Assembly (NCBI GenBank): GCA_904063045.1 | Contig: CAJFCJ010000025.1 | Span: 248,001-312,000, forward strand | Direction of reading: 5' to 3' | DNA: 64,000 nt | Origin: Dimorphilus gyrociliatus | Lineage: Eukaryota > Animalia > Annelida | Shown: positions 40,831-51,919 of the stretch, in pieces | How positions within the stretch are numbered: position 1 is the stretch's first letter | Layout of the letters: each line of letters starts with the position of its first letter | Program-made: the position numbers and the translations under genes | The notes under the pieces: model-generated | What the model was told of the DNA's origin: nothing | Databases searched by the model: none | What the model saw: the letters and a program-made list of their open reading frames with translations, nothing else

Positions 40831-43800
40831 TTAGTAGCAAACGTCTTTTTCTTTTTCAACCAGCTGCTTCAAAATGCTCATCTTTTCTGGTTCCGGTTCA
40901 ATATCTTTAAGGACCAAAACGGCTTCTTTTAACTTGTTAATATCCTCCCTATCTACATAACACGGTAGACTTATACGAACGTAAATTTCTTCCTGAAGTA
41001 GAAAGAAAGAGAGTATAGTATTTACATTGTAGTTAACACGGCAAAGTAATTAATCTGTTGAGAGAGGGAGTGTGTAATAAATTAATTAAAAACGTTATTT
41101 GTCGTTAAAATGCTGCTGACATCTGCTCTAAAGAATGTAACGTTTAAGGACACTTTTGTGTTTAATTTGAAAGTTTACCGCACTTTTTTTTCACACGCCC
41201 ACTCGGCTGGCGGTCATCATTTTGAGTGAACATCCATCTGTCGAAATCTAGCCCTTTTCTTTTTGTTTTATTTTTAACGAAATATCCCGCCCCCTTTCTC
41301 AACCTTGCATTCGTTTAACCTTTTTAGACTAAAAGTGATACTATTCAAAAAGAATAGGAGGATCTTTTAATCAATAATATCTTATTATGTAAATTAAACC
41401 TTTTCACTAGATCTGTATGCCATGAAAATGGTAATAGGAAACTATCTCAAAGACTGTCACTCGCTAATCTACCTAATTCTCCCTAATCCGCTCGCGCTAA
41501 CGTACTCTCGAATTATTATTGGATTTTAGACGTACTTAACCTTACATTAACTTTTAGACTATTTTTCCTATTAAAATCACTATTAAATTCAATAAGAAGG
41601 GATGGGGGAGGTTAAAAAGGTGAACATGCTGGTACTTGTTACTTGAGAATACTTCTTTTTAAATGATGACAAATGGGTGGATTGAAATAAAAATAATGAA
41701 TTTTATGAAAGGAATTTGTACGCTTTCCTTTCCTACTATTTTTTTCAGCCTATAAACTTCGACCTTTTATTGCATGGGTATCAAGAAACTATGAAAAGAT
41801 AAATAACAAGTTGAACAAAGTTGACTGTTATTGCATTTATTAGTACGGTTACGCTTACCAGCTGCTCGAGAAAGAATAGGCGAACCCGGATTTTATAGTC
41901 TTCTCTTAGAGCCATCCCCAATAAAGTTGCCCCAATCTGGAATGGAATTATATTAATGGACGACATGATAACGAAAAATCTCTAGTAGAACTAACTATAG
42001 ATTTAGGGAATGCTTTCGTATCGGGAATTCTAACCAATCTAAGGCACGGTGCTCTTAAATCCTCACCCAATCCGATTTCTTCTGTTTCCCAAGCAGAACT
42101 TAGCTCCTGTACGGTCCAATCACCCAGACTTTTCGTGTAATCCCTTATCGCCGCCTGTTGACAGGGTTATTACAAATAGGGTCAAAGAAAAAAGAGAGAG
42201 AGACAGGAAAAAAGGGGAATAGGGGGAGGGATGGAGGGAGAGATAGAGAGAGAGGGGGTGGGAGGAGAAAAGAGATATCATAATTAGAAATGCATAAATG
42301 TACAAGAATAAAAGAATTTGAAAGCGAAAGAAAAATGATGCAGAAGGATCTTTAAATAACTTCTTTAGTTTAGATTTCAGAAAATATCATCATTTAGATG
42401 CTATTCCTGGAATAAGAACGTACCCTTCCTAACCAATCGATAAAATCGAAGGCGGCAAAAGCGGCCGTAAATGCTCCTTCTTCCCGAGTTCCCTGCCAAA
42501 CAAAATCTCCCGGATACGGTTCCTTGTATTTGTTTGATGTGACGACCGGGAAAATCCTCTCCTTATGACTTTGAGCAGTCCAAAGAAAAGCGCATCCTCG
42601 ACACGTTAGACCCCATTTGTAAAGATTCCCTGTATTTTGAATATTTTAAAACTTCAGTCTATAATTTGTCAATACGAAAGCTATGGTTACATATAATTTT
42701 AACACCAGCTAATAATGTCTTTAAAATAAGCTGTTTATATCTCCAGCTGTCCCATAAAAGAGAGAAGGATTCTATATATCTTTCCCCTATCCTCCTAGTT
42801 AATTTTATTCGAGAATACAACCAAGACTGCAATAGGGAATTATTTTTTCAGCTAACAATTTTAAAACAGGGAGATTTGAGCTATTTAATCTTAAAATTCC
42901 AAAATCCCGACCTAAAAATAATTCGTATACAGTTTACCACCAATCTACTAATATGTAGTAGAAAAATATATGCGCATACATAGACGCTATATTTATATAT
43001 GCAGTCTTAGTCACAATAGAGAAGGCTGATGGATCTATAAGAAATAAATATAATTTAGGAGTTTTTTTATCGATTATGTAGATAGCGTAACAATTTACTT
43101 TTATAAAAGGAATAACAATAATAAATTCAAAAAGATTTCATCAAAAAGTTAGCTCCTTTAACCTTATTTCCTTTTCTTTTTTATTGTTTGTATACTATAA
43201 ATATAACCTATTTTTTTACCCATTTTCCTATTTTATATATTTCTCCCATCCTATCCTACCCATACTCTTATTCTACTCTCCCCTTTTTGTTATGTATAGG
43301 GAATTATCCGCTAGTAAGCATTTTGTTTATTAACAAATTAAGATAATTTGACTGATTAAATTTGAAAAGCTACTGACTTATCATTTTAGTCTATTAGTTA
43401 ATGAATGAAGGATAAAATAAAGAAGAATTTGCTAATCTATATTAAGTTTGATTATTTTTTTTCTATTTTTTTATATCTATCAATCAACCTGACTACCTCT
43501 TCCTCTCCTCCCCCCTTCCCCTCCTCTACGTCTCTCTCTCTTTCTCTCTCTATTACAGACACATACACATGCTATCTCCGTCTCAATTTCTTTTCACTTT
43601 ATTCATCCTTTCCATGTTGTTTCCTTTACCTTATACTTAGCATATCCTTATACTAATATATATATATATATACAGTATATACTGTATATACAGTGTCTGA
43701 ATATACAGCATATCATATCTATACTGAGTATTTATATAGAAAAATTTGAAACTAGAATAAAGGGAATATCCTAAGATTAGTCAAGTATTTATCTTTATAT

Positions 43801-45490
43801 TAAAGGATAATTAACAATTAACCGTAATTATTTGGTCATTAGTACTTAGAAGTAAAATGATTCAAAATGGCTGTTTAATTTCTACCAAAACGTTAAAAAT
43901 ACAAATAAATAATCAATAACGCCATCTGTTTGCCATTGAAGGAAAATAAAATTGTCAAGGCAAAAGTTAAGGACGAATGGAGAGAGGAAAAAGAAGACTT
44001 AGGATATGGCAGGAATGGAGGAAATGATAAAAAATGATCTATTAAAAAGCATTTATGCAAACGTGGAAAAAGTTTTGACTTAATTGAAAAAGTATAGATT
44101 CTTTCAAGTGTAGAGTGTTAGTTCAATATTAAGCGAAACATGGGATTCGACCGTCAATTCATAGTTCGTCATGGGCATAATTCTTCGTCTGTCGAAATAA
44201 ATTTTCCATATTCCCTAAATACCTATTACGTAATAGTAATTTATTCGAAAACCACTTTATGGTGGCTTTTTGTGTTGTGTAGAAAGACCTACATTAATCA
44301 ATAATAAATTAGAAATATTGTTATGCTTATTACAAAGAAAAAATTCTACATAAGCGTACATTATTAAGATATTATTGAAATTCTCGCCTTCCTTAGGGTG
44401 TCATGTCCCTCGGGCTTAGCATTTATCAGCCTAAGATTGCTAATCAAAACAAAATTTCTCCATTCCTTTATCTTACAAATTTTTTACAGATATATTTTAT
44501 AAACCCTGTATTTTTATTAGTTATGACCCAAATTGTTTTAATGCCGAGCATTCTTTCACTTAAAAAGAATCTAGAATAAAAAAATACAACTTACCAATGT
44601 AGAAATCGGCTTCGTAACTTGGTACATCTAAATCTACTTGATTTGGTCCGTGAGCAGCATCTATGATTGTTATAATGGAACGATTTCTACATTCGGTAGT
44701 AAGCTCTTTCAGAGGGAAAAGAATTGATGGAATGGAAGAGATATGATCTATATTATGAAAATAGATTATAAGGAATAATAGTTTCAAAATGATTAAAATA
44801 AATAGCTTTATTCAATTAACCGATTATCGCTACTTTTATTCCGGGATGAGCATCCATATATTCGGTATATTGTCTAACGATTTCCTCTTTAGTTGGGATA
44901 GGGAATTTTATGTCCAAAGAGTGCACTATAGCTCCTACAGTTATTTATTTATTGATTATTAATTATGCAAATCAAGTTTATTAGAGATCTTACCGAGAGT
45001 CTCGCTTTGTTGTTTGGCAATATTTTTGATCGAAGAATAAGAAAAGTTATTCAAAAGAATACCGTCGTTAGCTTGCAATTTTAAAGATTTTAGAGCATCA
45101 TTAACACCTCTTGTTGCATTCTCAACAAAGACAATATCTTCTTTTTCAGCTCTGACAAAGTTAGCTAACTTCTCAAGACTCGTATTGTAGGCTTCATTTC
45201 TCACGTTTCCATTAATATACCATGCATCTGGATGATTTTCCATAATTAATTCGTGCCTATAAAATTGAATCTCATATATTGAAGAAAACTTTTTAACATT
45301 GCAACTTTGATTATTAGCATCCTTGATTAGAGAAGAAAGCAACAAATTGAGAATAAACTTACTGTCTTTTCGCTTCAATAACTTTCTTAGGGGCAGCCCC
45401 GAAAGAACCATTGTTCAAAAGGACATCGTCAGTACTTAAATAAAATTCTTGTTCCTTCAGAGCTTTGCCAAATGCTGGTGGTTGACTCAT
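40831..45490 (-). CDS. Class-V PLP-dependent C-S lyase (hercynylcysteine sulfoxide lyase Egt2 / L-cysteine desulfhydrase / isopenicillin N epimerase-like), about 420 aa
   Basis: complement(join(45490..45363,45256..44994,44934..44821,44747..44595,42629..42424,42154..41996,41936..41859,40992..40831)), phase-consistent (1263 nt). Motifs: LLNNGSFGAAP, FVENATRGVN, IIDHISS, IDAAHG, GNLYKW (Schiff-base Lys), GCAFLW, WQGTRE, YVRISLPCY. Confidence 0.92.
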
Positions 45491-45672
45491 AATTACGTTT
45501 TATCGAGATTGTTTCTACTGCTTTTTGGAAAAAACGAGATAGAACGTTGGATGAATATTGAATAGAGGATGCTGAAATATTGATAGATAGATTGTCTTTG
45601 TTATTGTATTAGCGTGTAGAATTAACGGAAGTTAGTGGATTCTTATAACCTGGTCTAATCGCAATTATTTCG

Positions 45673-45687
45673 TCACTAGATGACAGC
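45673..45687 (+). promoter_or_regulatory. CTCF-like motif in the lyase promoter region (tcactagatgacagc)
   Basis: CACTAGATG-CAGC pattern, about 185 bp upstream of the ATG at 45490. Confidence 0.45.
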
Positions 45688-46400
45688 CGTGATAAAGAAG
45701 CGGCTAATAATTGTCATGTTTATTATTTGATTTATGAGTAAAGGATTGTCTGAAATTAGAATAGCCCAATTTTTAACGTTATCAGTTCCCTGTTATTTTT
45801 ATTTTTAAATATTTCTTCTTGAGGTTAGGACCGTGTCGTTTTAATTCTATGTAAACCAATCATTATCTAGATTTGATAAAAGAAAATCCTTGAAATCACA
45901 TCTATGAACAAGTCTTAACCCAGATGTTATCTTGTTCATTTAGAGTGACATGAAGGATGTTATTTTACATAAGAAATCTTTTTAATTTACATAACCTTGG
46001 AAATTATTGCTCATTAGTAATTAACCACTCATCTTCTTAAAAACTTCTTAAAACACCCTCTTTGTTGTTATTCCTCTAATTAACCCTATATCTTCCTTCT
46101 CACTGTATTATTACGTAATTGAACTAATATATATTCATAGGTTACATAACCTTAGACAGATGTCTTTCAAACTAATGTTCGTTTGGGCGGAAAGTAAATG
46201 CTTTCCTCGCAACGTTTGCCAATTTTTTCCAGTTAGGATAGATGAATATGTACAGTATATGTACATTTGTGTCCAGAGGAAGGAGGTTAAGAAAAAGGCA
46301 TCATACCCACATACACACATATAAAAAGAAATTATAGGGTATAGAAAGGGGTCAGGAATTTTAACACAAAATAAAGTTTACATCATATAAAATTATATAG

Positions 46401-46415
46401 CAGCGCCATCTTGTG
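46401..46415 (-). promoter_or_regulatory. CTCF-like motif (reverse complement cacaagatggcgctg)
   Basis: AGATGGCGC core. Confidence 0.45.
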
Positions 46416-49400
46416 TATAAATCGGGGTCAGAAGAAGTAAATAACATCAACCAATCGCTCATAAGTAATTTGGATAAAAAGTATGAATAGTCTTCCGATT
46501 ATCAAGTTTATTCAAATTACTAGTTTAGACTAATAAATGGGCTATATTAATATATATATAAGTTATATTATATATGTATATTTATTTATCTATATATGAT
46601 GATCAATTAAGTGAAAATGTACGGTAATTGAATTAATCTATAACTCAAATTAGACGGCTATAGAGAAAAGACTAAATAATTGTGATTGTAAACACAGCTA
46701 TTAAGAAATATATGAAAATTAGTCATTCATTTGTATTTGATAAGGATCAGGTGATTCATGTGTTTTAGTTATTTCTCTGTATTGTTATCTCTTGAGAAAT
46801 AGATGGTTCGATGTTTCCTTAACTGGACAATTCAATATTTTGAACAGTAACGACAGACTCGTTTCTTGTTATAGTTTTCATTCTAAAAGCATGAGTTAAT
46901 GAATGAATGAATAAATAAATGTAAATACTAATATATATACCGTCTGTATATTATATATATATATGTACACTTGTATGAACGAATGAATAAGTGAGAGGGA
47001 GACAATCGTTCTTTAATGACTTAGCGTATATAAAAGATCCAAAAAAACCTCTTAACTATACTCTAGCAACTAAAAAGGGGTATTTAGAAGCTTGAAGAGA
47101 AGATGGAAAACATAGGAGATAAAACTTACCTTATCAAGAAAACCTTAGTAATTCCGAGTATAATAGACTTAGCTTAATTATTTTTAATTTCTTCTTAGGG
47201 TGATATAATACATACTTTTCAAAATGGGTATCTTTGTGTATTTAAATGTAATATTTATATATATATTCTATTAAATATCATTTACCTAGTTATATATCCT
47301 ATATATAGGACAATGTAAGATCTTTTCCTATTCAGAGGTGTTTTGTTCATTATTTTGAAAGAATTAACAAGTAAAAATTTGATAATAGGAATATAGAATT
47401 TCATTTTAAAAATCGTTTTTTCTCGTTTTGCACAAGGAGATTTCATCAAACTCTATGTAATTGTCTTAACTTAGTGATTCCTTTACAATTACTTATAGGA
47501 ATATATACATATAATAAGCTCTCTATCCTATATCTTGCTCGTTATTATAATAATTGAATAAATGTATACATATATGTATATTCTGAAGATAGTTTATATC
47601 TGCCGAACACGTAAGCATTTGATGTTTTTTTTTACGCTGTTTACCGTAAAGTAATCGCAATTAATCAGTTTTATTCTAAAAAACTAATCTCTTTTATATT
47701 CGCAGACAACGTATCCTTATCTGTTCGTTTTCAAAAGAAATTTTAAGATTTTCAATATCAGAAAAGTAGTATTTTAAAGAGTTAATAGCGTATTATATCT
47801 ACTTTATGTCTATTTTATTCTCTATTTTATCCTTCAACTATTTCTCATCGACTATATAATTTTCATTATTTTAAAAAGTATTTTTGTGATTGTTACATCT
47901 CTCCGATATGAAAAAAATAACGCTTTTATTCATAGGCTTTCCATGCCCTCAAAGATTATCTCAGTTTTATGATAAGAAAGACTAGTTCACTAATTAAGTT
48001 TGTAAGGAAAGGGAAAAGTAGGTGGGCGGTAGAATTTATCTTTGACAAGTAGAGGATCTTATTTGTTTGCTGTTTACAACTCAAAGTAAACAAAGAGAAT
48101 TTAGAGTTGAATTGGGTATGTTTTATACAAAATGTAGATATAATGTTTGTTCATATGTTTTGATAACTAACTATAGAATCATGAACGAAAAATAACAACA
48201 TTCAAATGAAATTCTCCTAATTCTGCATTCTCTTTGTCTTTATTTAATAAAAAACAATAGAAAACCTCAGGGAAAATTAAGAAGGTCTAAAAAAGAATAA
48301 AGATGAGAGATTTTTAACTTCTTTTTGCCAACTAATCCTTATATTAGAAGTATACTGTATATAAGAAGATACAGTATATAGCCTTTATTTTTCGCTAAAC
48401 GCTAAGATTTACTTCATTTTAAGTTGAGGAATAGAAGTTTAACTAATAATCAACGTAACAAACCACTTTTTAATTTATATCTCTTTGCTAGACATGTTAC
48501 AAAGAGATGGACAGGACTGATGTAGCGCTTTTCCCTCATTTTTAGTCACGTACAGAATGACGTCAAAAGGTAAAAAGATTCGCATTCTGTCGCCAACAGT
48601 TGGACAAACCACTTTATAGTTGATAATTGGTATGTACGCAACTATTTTACTTCTTTTTTCTAGCAAATTCTTTTAACAAGAGATAATATTTAAGTTATTC
48701 CTTCTCTATATTATTCTTATTTTTTCTATTACGATTTATACGAAAAAATATTTCTCTCTCTTTTCGTAACACAAAGTTTTTATTTGTTAATATTTAATGA
48801 AATGATTATTTGTGTAAATATTATCCATATCTAAAGAAAGAATATTATAAATTGTTTATAAATATGTATATACATATCTATATTTACATTTTTAAATACT
48901 ATATATTTGATTTTCTTTATATATCTTAATATGTATACAATTGTAGTTATTCTTAATATATATATACAGTATATATAGTAGATGGTATGTTAAACTCTAT
49001 GTACACATAATATATTAATATATTTTATTAAAATAATAGAGACTAATCAAATTGTAGGAATAATTTATTTACACTCTGTGTTTTTTGTTAATAAAGCTAA
49101 AAATCTATTTAAATAATAGGTATTAAATCAAATGGTTAATTTATTTAGGAAGATAGGCTTAAACCGTGTAGAAACAGTTATTTAAGGAATTTTTAAGACA
49201 TATATATATGGTGACATATATATATATACATAAAGCAGTGATTCTGTTTAGAGAGTCCACTGAAGTTCGTCGTTGACCCTTGTTGATCTCCTAGAAAGTC
49301 TGTTACTTATCTCTTTCTAAGAATAACAAAAACTGAACTTAGACAATATGAGAGTTTTTCAAACTTGAAAATATTAGCATAAATATGCATCTATATAGAA

Positions 49401-49759
49401 TATATACATATATATATTTATACGTATTTTCTAATATTTAAGCTATACAGATTTCCTAAGTGCTAAGATTAGTAATTTATTCAATTTTTAAGGTTAAAGT
49501 ATTTACTTAATTATTTTTCTTATAAAGTAATAAAGTGAACGTGATAGGTTGAAGAAAGGAAAAGGTAAAGGAAATAAGCTTAATTTAATGATATATTCTT
49601 TCTCTTCATGAAAACAGGAAGATGGGTCACCAAATTACTCTTTTCTTCCTTCTGGGAGTTTTCACTTTTTCGCTAGCGGCCTCCGGTTTGTTAATAATAC
49701 TTAATTATTTACTTAATGTAAATCTCTAAGTGCAATATCATATAACAACTATTTTACAG

Positions 49760-49935
49760 TTGATAAATCAGTGGAAGATATGGTTTCGGCTGATGCTGGT
49801 TTAATCTGGGGCAAAAGGTTCATTACGTATCCTCAAATGCCAGATACAGGCAAAAACTTCTGCCAGATGCTCACCAAAACTTACCAGTCGTTTGCCGTTT
49901 GTATGCGTTTGAAAAGCCTTATCTGCCAAGGATAA
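49760..49935 (+). CDS. Unassigned candidate terminal exon (DKSVEDMVSADAGLIWGKRFITYPQMPDTGKNFCQMLTKTYQSFAVCMRLKSLICQG*), neuropeptide-precursor-like
   Basis: Acceptor ttttacag, 57 open codons, a G-K-R site and a terminal Gly. It overlaps an antisense exon-like segment (49885-49949), so the coding strand is uncertain. Confidence 0.25.
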
Positions 49936-51919
49936 GGATCAACAATCACCTACAAAGGCAAAAGCAGACGATGAAAAAAAAAGTAAAAAAACAAACAACG
50001 ATGTTGAATCCATAACCAAAAAAATGATAAGAAAAAGAAAATGACAAAAAAAAATGTATTGAATTGACTTGTAATTTTAGAGGTAAAAACTAATAATTAT
50101 TCATAATATTCAATTAATTAATATTCATTAAATGTGTGTTAGTATTTAAAATGTTAATTAACAATAAAATAAAAAAACATGGAAAAGACTTTTTATTTTC
50201 TCTTGAATTTTAACATTATTAATAGTTGATTGATTAATGAAAAATACTATAAAAAAAGGAAATTTTAATCAATTAAACTCTTTTAAATAAATAAAACAAT
50301 GATATTTACTTTACGTATACTTTTATATATTTACTTTATTATCTTCGTTTTATATTAATTAGCTAAAAGATAGGTCTATGTAAATCACTCTTCTCTACTC
50401 AATTATCAATTGACTCTATGAAACGATTCTCTTTCTCACTCTTGCGTAAACAACATGTATAACTCATTAAAAAAGTTTGCCTTTGAAAGTATTTTTCACG
50501 TAGGAAAATAGAGATACTGTTTGTAATCTATATTACATTATATATTTATATAGTTTATGCCCCATAAACACTTTTATAGTTGAAAGGTAGAGAGAAAAGT
50601 CGCGAAGAAAAGAGTGAAGAATATATAATATGCTTTGATATCAGTCGTTGTATAATACAATGTTGAAGAAATTTGCAAGCTTTGCAGTTTTGTACTATTT
50701 CTAAAAGGCAATCAACTGTGTGTACTACTCGAGTGTTTACTTTCCTAGAAATCGAAAACCAAAAATTTTCTGGGTGTTCCTTAGTAGACTAGTTTATTTT
50801 TTTTTCTTTGATTAAGGGCAAAGAGAAAGGGAGTAATTTAAGATCTTCATTGAACCGTTACTATACGGATTTTTCGTAAATTGAAAGCATTTACAAGTAA
50901 ACCTTAATACAGAAAAACAATGACTCTATATAGTCAATAGAAAAGATTTATTTATTATTATTTTGGCTTTATATTGGTTTCTAATAAAAATAATGAATTT
51001 TACCAATAAGGTAACCTTTATTTTTACAACAAGTATAATTGTCATTTATTCATACATATATAGATCATAGATATAGATATTACATTAAAGAAAAAGAAAG
51101 GGATTCTTTTCCACTTTCACGACAATAAGTAGGCTAGAGTAAAGAATAAATATGAAAATGAGAATAATATGCAAACACCCCTATTTGCTAGCATTACTTA
51201 TGTTTCTCGTTAGATTTTCCTTTCGTTTTATTGCTGATTTTTCGTTTATCAATCCTAAAATAAATATGTTTTTTAACTTTCAAATGAATATTCATAGGTC
51301 GTATCCATTTTTCTTTAGTAGTTCTGTTATACTTGTTAATGTGTTCCCATATTGGGACATACTAACGTAGAGAATTACAGTCATCGTCATCCTTGTAGTT
51401 TTTATTATTTAGTGTTACACCTTCAAAAGATAAAAGATAGAGAGAAAGAGGAGGAGAAAGTGAAAATGACTGATTAAAAATAAACGGTAATATATCACAG
51501 TACCACTTAGCCTACTATTATAAAAAAAATTAATATATAATTGTCCTAATTAATCTAAAAGTTTCGTATTTGACCTCAGTAGCAAAATGCTATGTCAATA
51601 TATATTAATTAAAAGGTTAGGATATTTATAATGGGGGAGGAAAATAAAATTAATTCTTTCTAACTAGGGGAAATAAAATCTGTACATCCGTTAATTACTT
51701 TGTTCCTTATTATATAATTAAGCTAATATAAATTGAAATGGAAATGGACATAATTATTATAAACAATAAATTACTATATTTGTTTTATAGAATACAATTA
51801 AATAAATAAAATAGCGTTTTGTTTTGTTTATTTGTTTATTTGTTTTTTTTTATTATAAAAAACAATGGGAAGAATATGGATAATTATCTAATAATAAATA
51901 AATTCAACCATTTCTCCTA

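Noticed and set aside
40855-40866. ttcaaccagctg, resembling the 3' part of miR-133
   Set aside because: No seed match or hairpin; it lies antisense in a coding exon of the lyase.
41750-41790. Acceptor in the lyase last intron giving FLDTHAIKGRSL*
   Set aside because: It would delete the conserved YVRIS strand found in the exon at 40992-40831.
44100-44300. Exon-like island in the long lyase intron, with an HK/KWF resemblance
   Set aside because: The true NLYKW exon is at 42629-42424, and no frame here gives a recognisable or phase-consistent product.
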